Source of the DNA: Acidimicrobiales bacterium
Lineage (GTDB): Bacteria > Actinomycetota > Acidimicrobiia > Acidimicrobiales > Bog-793
Length of the DNA stretch: 64,000 bases
Direction of reading: 5' to 3'
NCBI GenBank assembly: GCA_036510575.1
Contig: DATCDR010000036.1
Span: 54,161-118,160 of the forward strand
Each line of letters opens with the position of its first letter. The stretch's first letter is position 1. Below are positions 46,781 through 54,901 of the stretch, piece by piece. The position numbers were made by a program, and so were the translations under genes. The notes below the pieces were generated by a model, which saw nothing but the letters and a program-made list of their open reading frames with translations, had not been told where the DNA came from and made no database searches.

Positions 46781-47695
46781 TCAGTTCACGGACCAGGCAG
46801 CTTGTTCGAAGTCAGTCTGTACCGGTGATGCTTCACGAAACTTTTCTTTCCACCGTTTTGGAATCACCAGCTCTGAGAATCTCCATGTGATGCGGTCAGA
46901 CCAATTGGTACGGCGACGCCATTGCTTCAGGAATACAACGCCGTCGGTGACAGTGTCGATTAATTTCAAGTATCCGTCGATTTGATCGCGGGTCATTTCC
47001 TGAAGCGACGAAATCGACAGAGCGAGGTCGACTCGACCCAGGCGCTCAGGTGTCGCTTCGCCGGGAGTGAGAAATGTCAATTCTCGACCGGGGAAGAGCG
47101 TTGTGAGATACCAACGCGCTAACGATAGAGCCGGCTCGATGTCGATCACGGTATAACGCGTCGCGGGAAAAACCCCAAGTAGCCCATAGGCCGTCCGTCC
47201 GTAGCCCGCGCCGATCTCGAGGATCGACTCTGGCTCGCCGCCGCCGACAGCCCGGCGTATCGCGGCAACCTCGAGCGCTGTGTTGGCCAGGTCCTGGGAA
47301 ATGGGTGCGCCGCCCATCGTGACGGGCGGGGGGTTACCCAGTGCTGGTTCCCCGAGCCGCATCACGTCTCGGTCCCCTTCGTTCGACGCGTAATCCCAGA
47401 GCAACCGGGTGGAGAACGTATAGAGCCAACGTTGCAGACGATTGCCCGGTAATTGGTTCCACGTCACGGCATCGAAGTCTTGATGTTCGCGGGCCGCACC
47501 GAGCCAAGAGCGCGGCGAGGTACGGGTGATGAGAAAACGGAAATGACGATTCCACAGAAGTGAATACCATCGCCAAGACCACGTGAAATAGCGGAATGCT
47601 TGATGGCGCTTTATGTTCTCTTGGCCAAACTGCTCAAGAAGGTCTTCATGACGTTTACCGAGCCGTTGCCAGAAGACCGATGGTGGTGATTCCAT
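46781..47695 (-). CDS. Putative sugar O-methyltransferase
   Basis: From ATG at 47695 (MESPPSVFWQRLGKRHEDLLEQFG...). ILEIGAGYGRTAYGLLGVFPATRYTVIDIEP motif I region. Visibly lower GC than its neighbours. The upstream 73 codons of the track ORF look non-coding. Confidence 0.7.
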   Translation of the reverse strand: MESPPSVFWQRLGKRHEDLLEQFGQENIKRHQAFRYFTWSWRWYSLLWNRHFRFLITRTSPRSWLGAAREHQDFDAVTWNQLPGNRLQRWLYTFSTRLLWDYASNEGDRDVMRLGEPALGNPPPVTMGGAPISQDLANTALEVAAIRRAVGGGEPESILEIGAGYGRTAYGLLGVFPATRYTVIDIEPALSLARWYLTTLFPGRELTFLTPGEATPERLGRVDLALSISSLQEMTRDQIDGYLKLIDTVTDGVVFLKQWRRRTNWSDRITWRFSELVIPKRWKEKFREASPVQTDFEQAAWSVN

Positions 47696-48254
47696 GCTCT
47701 GGAACAGTATCGGTCTGGCGCCGATGACGCACCGTTTCTCGGCCCAGGTGCCGCTGTGGATCCGCGGTCCCAACGGAGGCAGTTGGATTCGCGTTCGCGG
47801 TGAGGCCGTCAATTCCGCATGTGCGGGATGGTCCTGCCCCCGAACGCGCACGTGGTCCTTCACGGCGCTATCGGGTCGGCGCAGTGCCGCACGGCTACGC
47901 GGTGTCGCACTCACCCCACGTCGTCAGCGCGAATGCCCACGAGTTTGACCGTCCGCATCGCGCGAGGCCGAGCGTCACGATCACCCATCGGGAGCGGTGC
48001 CATATATCGCGCCGCCCGAGGTGTACCCGTTCCTCGCCCTGCGGCCGACGCTTCTGGGCAACCTCAACGGTGCGGCGTGCTGACCTAGCAGCTGACTCCG
48101 CCTGCCACGGCGCCGACCGATGATCCGTGCCTGCAGTAGCACGCTCGGAGGAGCTCCGAGATTCCGCCTATTCGAGCAGCAATGCGCGTGACTACTCGCT
48201 GACATAGGCACGGATCCATGAAGTGACTGCCGGCTCGGCGCGAAGCGCAAGATC

Positions 48255-50612
48255 TCACAGCCGCCCGAGCTCGAACAGTCGCATCGCCATCTTGTTGCCG
48301 GCGGTGGCCGCATTGAACTGGCGTCGTATCGTCGCCGCCGCGGCCGCGCCGAGCCGAGTTCGCATCGAGTCATCCTCGAAAAGTGCCCGCATCCATCGCG
48401 CAGCCTGGTCGATATCTGGCTCCGCCCAGAGCGACCCGGCCTGGTACACCGTCTCGGCGCCGGGATTCAAGCTGAGCTCGGTGGCATCGACCTCGATCAC
48501 CTCGTAACCAACGAGCGCAGAATTCTTGGACGAACAGAACTCCATGTTGCCCGAGAACGCTGTCGCGATCACAGGCTTGCCGTAGTACATCGCCTCGGCC
48601 ATGCCGAGACCGAATCCCTCGGCACGATGCAATGAGACATACATGTCGCAACTCAAAAGAAGCTGCGACATCTGTTCGCCCGTGAACTCGCCGTCGATGA
48701 GCAGTCCATCGATCGTCGCCATCTGCTCCTCAATCACCGCCTTGGCGACTTCGAGCTTGGCAAGGTTCTGGGTCTTTAAGACCAGGAGTGGTCGATCCGC
48801 TTGTTGTCGAGGGAACGCTCGATGAAATGCTTCGATCACTGCGAGCGGATTCTTGCGAGCGATCGTGGAATTGGCGTCGAAATGGTAGAGCAGCACGCAT
48901 CGGTCACGTGGCAGCCCGAGCGCGCTGCGGTCCGCCGGCGGGACACGACGCGGCTCGACGATACAGGGCATCACCTCGATGGGAATTCCCACTTGGCCCT
49001 GGAAGGACTCCTTGACGAACTCGCTCGCCACCCACACCTCGTCAAGACGACGAAGCTGCGCCGCGAATCGATCGGGCACGTTCGGGAGTTCCCAGTACCA
49101 CGACCCGATGCGGTAGCGATCTCTCGGCTCGTCCTCCAGATAATCGTCAGAGACGAGTGACATCTCGTGGATGTTCAAAAAGTACAGGTCCGTGTCGTAA
49201 CAACGCCCCAAAAATGGAGCCATCAGCTGCTCTGACGTGCGATGCGGCGCAGACGATACGCCCGTCTCGAAGTTCTCCGAAGAGACAGCGACACCGGCAC
49301 CAAGGAGCGCCGCGACCGCGCGGCGACCAGCCTCCGCAAGTCCAGTGGCCGCGGACCAGTTGCCGATGGCGTTCACGCCCGTGGGGTAGCTGCGTGGCAG
49401 CTCAGAAGCGTCGTCCCCCGTCATTCCGGGTTGACGCCGTTTGTTCTCGACCCGAGTGCCGGCGATCTCGTCGATCAGACTCACATACTGCTCGGCGACC
49501 GCGTCAAATGACGCCTCGAGGCGCACGAACTCGCGTGCTGCCTCGCCAGCGGATCTTGCCCGCGTCAGGTCCTCCGCCAGATACTCGATACGCGCCACGA
49601 GTTCACCCCTCTCGTCTTCGGGGTTGACTGACACCAAGAGACAGAACCGACGATCGAAGTCGTGATTTTGCGGAACATCGCTCGCCACCACTACCTTCCC
49701 GGCCCCAAATGCACGCATGATCACGGAGCTCGTCTCGCCAGCCGTTGGCCAACGCAATGCGATGACGACATCACATTCGCGTACGACCTGGTCGAACGCG
49801 TCGCCCGACAGGTGCGTGAGAACCTCGACCATCTGCCGCATCTGGTTCGCCTCAATGAAGTCGAGGACGTCGTCGAGGTACTCCGGATCATCGACTCGCC
49901 CTGCGATGACGAGGCGTATGGCGAGGTCCTCGCGATCGCGAAGCTCTCTAAATGCCGACAGGACTTCGATCAATCGCTTATGCCGAGCGATCCCACCCAA
50001 CACCGCAAACGTCAGATGATCGGCAGGAGATTGTTCTGCCGGCACGGGGTACGAGCCCAGCCACACGTGTTCTAGGCGTGCGGTTGGCGAACGAAGCGAG
50101 AGCTCGTGCTTGGCCCACGGACTGTGAACCACCGTACAAAGCGACGACTCGATGAGGCGCTTGCTCAACAAGAGCTCGAGGCGATTGCGATCCTCCCATC
50201 GCTGGTTCCGATCGGGCTTGAAGTCGGCACTGTCGTCGGGCCGGTTCGTGCGGATCTCCTCGTAGTAAAGCGCCGAGTCCCAACCGCCGCAGAGTCCGAC
50301 GTAGAAATCAACGAGCGACGGATCGTGGAGGACCATCAGCCCGGGTCGGCGAAGCACCGGCGTGTGCATGTAGCCGTGGAATCCGAAGTCGTTGCCGAAG
50401 TGGTACACGTCAAGGTCGAACCCCGACGCGTCGTAGTCGCGGGCATCGATCACATCGACCAGGTCCGGCGCCCGCACCTCATCGCGTGACCTTGGAGATA
50501 CCACGGCCGTGATCTCGAACTTGGACGCCAGCGGCTCGAGCAGGCTGAAGCTGTAGTCCGCGATCCCAGAGGCCTGCGGCGGAAGCGGCGACCACCAGGC
50601 GATCCTCCTCAC
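48255..50612 (-). CDS. Two-domain GT4 glycosyltransferase (WbdA-like fused architecture, module B)
   Basis: 785 aa. The N-terminal GT4 (MRRIAWWSPLPPQASGIADYSF...TAGETSSVIMRAFGAGKVVV) is fused to a second GT4 colinear with the 31674-32906 product (GVNAIGNWSAATGLAEAGRR, IGSWYWELPNVPDRF, HRAEGFGLGMAEAMYYGKPVIATAFSGN). Confidence 0.85.
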   Translation of the reverse strand: MRRIAWWSPLPPQASGIADYSFSLLEPLASKFEITAVVSPRSRDEVRAPDLVDVIDARDYDASGFDLDVYHFGNDFGFHGYMHTPVLRRPGLMVLHDPSLVDFYVGLCGGWDSALYYEEIRTNRPDDSADFKPDRNQRWEDRNRLELLLSKRLIESSLCTVVHSPWAKHELSLRSPTARLEHVWLGSYPVPAEQSPADHLTFAVLGGIARHKRLIEVLSAFRELRDREDLAIRLVIAGRVDDPEYLDDVLDFIEANQMRQMVEVLTHLSGDAFDQVVRECDVVIALRWPTAGETSSVIMRAFGAGKVVVASDVPQNHDFDRRFCLLVSVNPEDERGELVARIEYLAEDLTRARSAGEAAREFVRLEASFDAVAEQYVSLIDEIAGTRVENKRRQPGMTGDDASELPRSYPTGVNAIGNWSAATGLAEAGRRAVAALLGAGVAVSSENFETGVSSAPHRTSEQLMAPFLGRCYDTDLYFLNIHEMSLVSDDYLEDEPRDRYRIGSWYWELPNVPDRFAAQLRRLDEVWVASEFVKESFQGQVGIPIEVMPCIVEPRRVPPADRSALGLPRDRCVLLYHFDANSTIARKNPLAVIEAFHRAFPRQQADRPLLVLKTQNLAKLEVAKAVIEEQMATIDGLLIDGEFTGEQMSQLLLSCDMYVSLHRAEGFGLGMAEAMYYGKPVIATAFSGNMEFCSSKNSALVGYEVIEVDATELSLNPGAETVYQAGSLWAEPDIDQAARWMRALFEDDSMRTRLGAAAAATIRRQFNAATAGNKMAMRLFELGRL

Positions 50613-50725
50613 GACGCCGCTCGCGAACAGCTCGGTATCCAGCGATCTTTAGCGATACGGCAAGTCGGAATGCGATCGGGTGTCATCCGAGCGAACTCGG
50701 CGATGGGCTAAGCGGCAACGAGGCT

Positions 50726-52114
50726 CTACGTCCGGCGAGCGACAACTGCATAGTCTTGTGGCCCGAACAAGTAGCGGCGAAGAACGTCCTGTATGGCCTC
50801 GAAGTCGGCAGCCCATTCGCTCTTCGGGTCGAGTTCGGGCAACGTGGCAAGCTCCTCGCGCTCGAAGTAACGAACCTCGACATCTGCAAAGCCACGCGAT
50901 CGAACAAGAAACGACAGCAGCTCCGCCGGCAGCGGGCGCTCGTGCGACGGGTCGAGGTAGAAGCTGTTGGCACCTACTGTCAGGTTCGCGGGATTCGGCG
51001 TCTCAAGTAGCAGCAAGCCACCAGGGGCGAGTGCGCGCATCGCGATATCGAGGAATTCGAGCAGAGCCTCAACGTCGAGATGCTCGACCACTTGAATCGC
51101 GGTAATTGCCGCCAAGGAGCGCTCTTGGACAGTTCGTAGGTGACGAGCGACATCAGAGACGAGCACGTCGAGCCCTGCCGCCTCCCACTCTGGCGCGTAG
51201 GTGGCGTTGACTTCGATTCCGTAGGCAGGAATACCAGCATCTTTCAACATCTCTAGTAGCTCGCCGCGCCCACAGCCGACGTCGAGCACCCGCTTTCCCT
51301 CGGGGAGATCTTTAAAATCCTCTGAATACGAGCCGAGCCGCTCCTTTACGAGTGCACTCGATCCCCGGAAGGTCGCCTCTAAGGCGCCGTAGATCGTGTC
51401 CATCCGTGAATCAGGACGAATTAGCATCACGTCCGGCTCGGGCAACGTCGATCGCACGCCGTCGAGCATCACGTCGATGCTTCCAAGGCGCTGACGGACC
51501 TCGGCGATATCACGCGAATACGCCACGAGCCGGCTCTCGACGAAATTCTGGATCTCGACACGCGAAGAGTCGAAGCGTTGCTCTTCTAGGCGCTGTTCCT
51601 CGAGGCGTCGCTCCTCGAAATGCTCGTCGTCCAAGGCTCGTTTGAGAGCTTCAAGATCGACCGCGAGATCAGACATCTGCCGCTGCGTGGCTCCCGCGCT
51701 CTGGGTGATCCGCGCGAACGCCTGCTCTTGGGCGAGCTCGATCCGAGTCGATAGCCGCTCACCAGTGAGCGCAAACGCCTCGTGGCGCGTGAGCGTCTTG
51801 CTGTGGTGCTCGAGGTCGGAGATGACCGTGTTCATCTTGATCTCGAGCGAGTCGACGCGAGACTGGGTGCGCGTGAGCTGTTCCAGTGCCGCTCGGTTGT
51901 AGTCGATCTGGGTGCGCATGACCGGCCAGGTGAGCTTCAACATCAAGCGTTGAACGAACCGCCGCTTCTGACCAGGCCTGAGGTCTGCGAAAAGTCCTGG
52001 ATCTGACAACTCGGCTCCTTGGTTATCGATTTGCGCCAGCGACACAGGCCCTGGCGCGGCGCTCAGCAGGGCCATGACCACCACGGGATCGGATCGGCGC
52101 AGGTAGCTGTACAC
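50726..52114 (-). CDS. Coiled-coil + C-terminal class I SAM methyltransferase (module B)
   Basis: 462 aa. Paralog of 30202-31677 (VLDVGCGRGELLEMLKDAG, IQVVEHLD, LLLETPNPANL...FYLDPSHERPLP, FLVRSRGF). The charged heptad-like N-terminal ~230 aa include the RLEEQRLEEQ repeat. Confidence 0.8.
   Translation of the reverse strand: MYSYLRRSDPVVVMALLSAAPGPVSLAQIDNQGAELSDPGLFADLRPGQKRRFVQRLMLKLTWPVMRTQIDYNRAALEQLTRTQSRVDSLEIKMNTVISDLEHHSKTLTRHEAFALTGERLSTRIELAQEQAFARITQSAGATQRQMSDLAVDLEALKRALDDEHFEERRLEEQRLEEQRFDSSRVEIQNFVESRLVAYSRDIAEVRQRLGSIDVMLDGVRSTLPEPDVMLIRPDSRMDTIYGALEATFRGSSALVKERLGSYSEDFKDLPEGKRVLDVGCGRGELLEMLKDAGIPAYGIEVNATYAPEWEAAGLDVLVSDVARHLRTVQERSLAAITAIQVVEHLDVEALLEFLDIAMRALAPGGLLLLETPNPANLTVGANSFYLDPSHERPLPAELLSFLVRSRGFADVEVRYFEREELATLPELDPKSEWAADFEAIQDVLRRYLFGPQDYAVVARRT
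51570..51614. repeat. Three imperfect 15-bp tandem units inside the coiled-coil region of the module B methyltransferase
   Basis: TCGAAGCGTTGCTCT / TCTAGGCGCTGTTCC / TCGAGGCGTCGCTCC on the plus strand. They encode E(R/Q)R(L/F)(E/D) pentapeptide repeats (FEERRLEEQRLEEQRFD) on the minus strand. Confidence 0.6.
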
Positions 52115-52224
52115 GGAGAGTAATACGGGCGTCTCGACTCATGAACGGCTCAGCGGACCTGCGACACTTTGCCACCGTAGTCTCGCGACCCACGGAGTCA
52201 CGACTCAAGCGCTGAAGACAGGGC

Positions 52225-52797
52225 CTACGCTGCGCGTTTGGTCCACCTGCCACCACGAACCAACGCGATAGTCCGGTGGAGAAAGCGGTTCAGGATCGGG
52301 ACGCGACGAACCGTTCGGCTACAGCTAATCAATATCTTGTAGCTCGCCTGCTGGTGAACGGCCTCGAGCTGGCCACCTGCAGTGACGAGTGCAGCGGCAA
52401 CGGCGTCGTAGACCTGAGCAAGGGAATTCCAGCGCCGGTCGAGCTCGTTCGCCCGTCGTTCCGAGTGAAAAAGCGCTACTTCGAGCGCGTAAATCTTCGC
52501 CGCCTGCTTTTCTCCCTCGCTCTCGAGACTGCGGATCTCAAGATCGCGCATCTTCTCGATCTCGACGAGCTCCCGAAGGCGTAGTTCCAACTCGGCGAAG
52601 TAGACGTCGCGAGCCGCAAGCTCCCGTTCTCGCAATGCGACCGAAGGAAGCGTGGTGACCGTTCCAAGCGTCGGCGACACCGCCTCGAGCCGACGTGGCC
52701 CGACGGTAACGGGCTCTGAATTCTGATCAGCGTCGGCATCTCCATTTGACTCGGGCAGCCGCACAGCGACGTCCGAATTCCGGAGGGTCTCGCTCAC
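52225..52797 (-). CDS. Coiled-coil protein
   Basis: 190 aa. The central segment is heptad-like (RERELAARDVYFAELELRLRELVEIEKMRDLEIRSLESEGEKQAAKIYALEVALFHSERRANELDRRW). Its start overlaps the upstream GT4 stop by 4 nt. Confidence 0.6.
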   Translation of the reverse strand: MSETLRNSDVAVRLPESNGDADADQNSEPVTVGPRRLEAVSPTLGTVTTLPSVALRERELAARDVYFAELELRLRELVEIEKMRDLEIRSLESEGEKQAAKIYALEVALFHSERRANELDRRWNSLAQVYDAVAAALVTAGGQLEAVHQQASYKILISCSRTVRRVPILNRFLHRTIALVRGGRWTKRAA

Positions 52798-53954
52798 TCG
52801 TGTCCCTTCGTCAAGGTCGATGTTAAGACGCTAGTCATCAACGACGGCCAAATGCTGACATGTCGACTTTCGTTCCATCGCCGACCCTGCTCGGCCAGTA
52901 GTTCGCTGTGCTCATCCCAGGCCTTTTGATCCAACAGCAGCTCAGCGACGCGGGCAGCAAATGCACCTTCATCGTCGGCGACAGGAAGCAACCCATCGAC
53001 ATCAGAAGGAATACTTTCCGCTCCGATCGATGTCGAAACCGTGGGAACGCCAAACTGCAACGCCTCTACCGTCTTCAACTTCACCCCTGAACCGTACCTG
53101 ATAGGCACTATTGCAACGCGGAGCGCGTCGTAAAAGCGCTCGAGATCGGGCACGCGGCCAAGGAACTCAATCGACTCACAAGCGAAGCGGAGAACCTCTT
53201 GGGGAGGGTCGTCGCCAGTGACGAGAAGCCTCGCGCCGGGCACCCTCGCGAGCACGAGCGGCCAGACGTGGCGGGCGAACCAACGAAGACCATCGGCATT
53301 CGGGGAGTTCCCTCCCGCACTCCATCCGGCGACGAACCCGACGTTCGAGCGTGCCGCGAAGCCCGCGTGGCTCAAGGTGGCCTTGGCGAGCAGCGGCGCG
53401 TTAACGACGACTGGCGCCTTCGTAGCGCCTGTCAACAGCTCGGCTTCGTCGGCAGAGATACAGACCACCGCGTCGACCTCCGAGGCGATCGACTCCTCGA
53501 GCTCGCGCATCGCCGCGGCCTCCGCCAACAAGGTCTCTTTTATTCGGCCGGTGGCGAGCGCTGACTGCCGCTCGATCCTGCGGAAGTAGAGGGCCTCGGC
53601 GTCGTAGATGACCGGGACACCGGGCAGATACGTCCGGATGATCGCCGCAACGCGCTCGTAGTTGTGCGGCCTTGAGATGATCACTGCCGAATACGAGCGG
53701 CCACGCTCACGCAGGCTTCCGAGATGATCCTCGAGTGCGACCTCGATCAGCTCCACGTCGGCTGGAAGATGCGCGCTCTCACCTTCTCCGACTCCGAAGG
53801 TCGGATAGAGCGCCACGTGGGCGCCAACGAGTAGCTGGAGTTCCGCAATCGTGTCGATCATCCTGGGATAACCGGACCCGAGCGCGGCGTCGGGAATCCT
53901 GTCCTCGACGAGGAGCACCCGAATATCTGCCGGGGGAACGCCTGGTGTCGTCAC
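52794..53954 (-). CDS. GT4/GT-B-like glycosyltransferase
   Basis: 386 aa. C-terminal IRYGSGVKLKTVEALQFGVPTVSTSIGAE signature. Its start overlaps the citE-like stop by 4 nt. Confidence 0.7.
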   Translation of the reverse strand: MTTPGVPPADIRVLLVEDRIPDAALGSGYPRMIDTIAELQLLVGAHVALYPTFGVGEGESAHLPADVELIEVALEDHLGSLRERGRSYSAVIISRPHNYERVAAIIRTYLPGVPVIYDAEALYFRRIERQSALATGRIKETLLAEAAAMRELEESIASEVDAVVCISADEAELLTGATKAPVVVNAPLLAKATLSHAGFAARSNVGFVAGWSAGGNSPNADGLRWFARHVWPLVLARVPGARLLVTGDDPPQEVLRFACESIEFLGRVPDLERFYDALRVAIVPIRYGSGVKLKTVEALQFGVPTVSTSIGAESIPSDVDGLLPVADDEGAFAARVAELLLDQKAWDEHSELLAEQGRRWNESRHVSIWPSLMTSVLTSTLTKGHE

Positions 53955-54898
53955 GCTTCGACCTCCCGGTAGCCGCGGGCTCTTCCGAGCACCGCTAGTG
54001 CCATCTTCCGACTTGCTTCATCGAGCATCTCGCCGCCGTCTCGAAGTGCTCCGAGAGCCTTATCGGTCGCCGCGTCGTCAAGCGTGCCGAGTATGGCCTC
54101 TGCGCGAGCGACGTCTTCACGGCTCGGCGTGAAGACCTCGTTCAAAATCGCCACCTGGTCGGGATGGATCGCCCACTTGCCGTCGAAGCCGAGCACCGCC
54201 GCCCGCGTGGCGAGCGCCCGCAGGCCGGCATCGTCGTCGAGCCGAAGATAGGGTCCGTCGAGCGCCAAAATTCCAGCTACCCGGGCGGCGAGCAACACCT
54301 TGGACAAGATGAAGTGGAAGTGATCGCCCCCATATGCGCTGACGTCTGCCCCGCCGACGAGCGCCGGCATCCCGAGCGACGCGGAGAGGTCGGCACGCCC
54401 AAGTGCGACGGAGTCGACGCGGGCCGAGGCCATGCAGATCTCATCGACGTTCGCCAGTCCGAGCGCGCTCTCGATCAGCACGTCGATACCGATTGACCCA
54501 ATGGTCAGGCCCGCAGCGAACTCAAGATCGTGCAGAACAAGATCGAGCGCTACGACCTCTGCGGCTGAGTTCGTCTTCGGAAGCGCGATCGCGTCAAGTC
54601 GCGTCGCAGATGACGTGACGATGGCGATGAGGTCGCCGATCGTCAAACCAGATGACCAGGCGTTCACGCGGACGGTCACCACGCGGTCCGCGAAGTCGAG
54701 CGACGCGAGTGCCCGCGAGGTCACCTCGCGGGCAAGCGCCTTGGCGTTCGCGGCGACGGCATCTTCTAGATCGATCAGCAGTGCGTCAGCGGGAAGTGTC
54801 GTCGACTTCTCGACAAAACGCTGGTTGGACCCGGGAAGGGCAAGCATCGAGCGGCGAGGTCTCGCGCGACGTCGATCCTCGTTGGTAGTAGCCGGCAT
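53951..54898 (-). CDS. HpcH/HpaI aldolase / citrate lyase beta (CitE)-like acyl-CoA lyase
   Basis: 315 aa. RRSMLALPGSNQRFVEKS...ADALLIDLEDAV...VRVN...DAIALPK...IESA motifs of the CitE/malyl-CoA lyase family. Confidence 0.8.
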   Translation of the reverse strand: MPATTNEDRRRARPRRSMLALPGSNQRFVEKSTTLPADALLIDLEDAVAANAKALAREVTSRALASLDFADRVVTVRVNAWSSGLTIGDLIAIVTSSATRLDAIALPKTNSAAEVVALDLVLHDLEFAAGLTIGSIGIDVLIESALGLANVDEICMASARVDSVALGRADLSASLGMPALVGGADVSAYGGDHFHFILSKVLLAARVAGILALDGPYLRLDDDAGLRALATRAAVLGFDGKWAIHPDQVAILNEVFTPSREDVARAEAILGTLDDAATDKALGALRDGGEMLDEASRKMALAVLGRARGYREVEA

Positions 54899-54901
54899 CG
54901 A

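Noticed and set aside
47696-48254. 560-bp stretch with ORFs 47800-48123 (+) and 47981-48373 (-)
   Set aside because: Both translations are Arg/Pro/Cys-rich nonsense with no motif, and the minus ORF overlaps the 3' end of the 785-aa GT4 gene. It is left unannotated.
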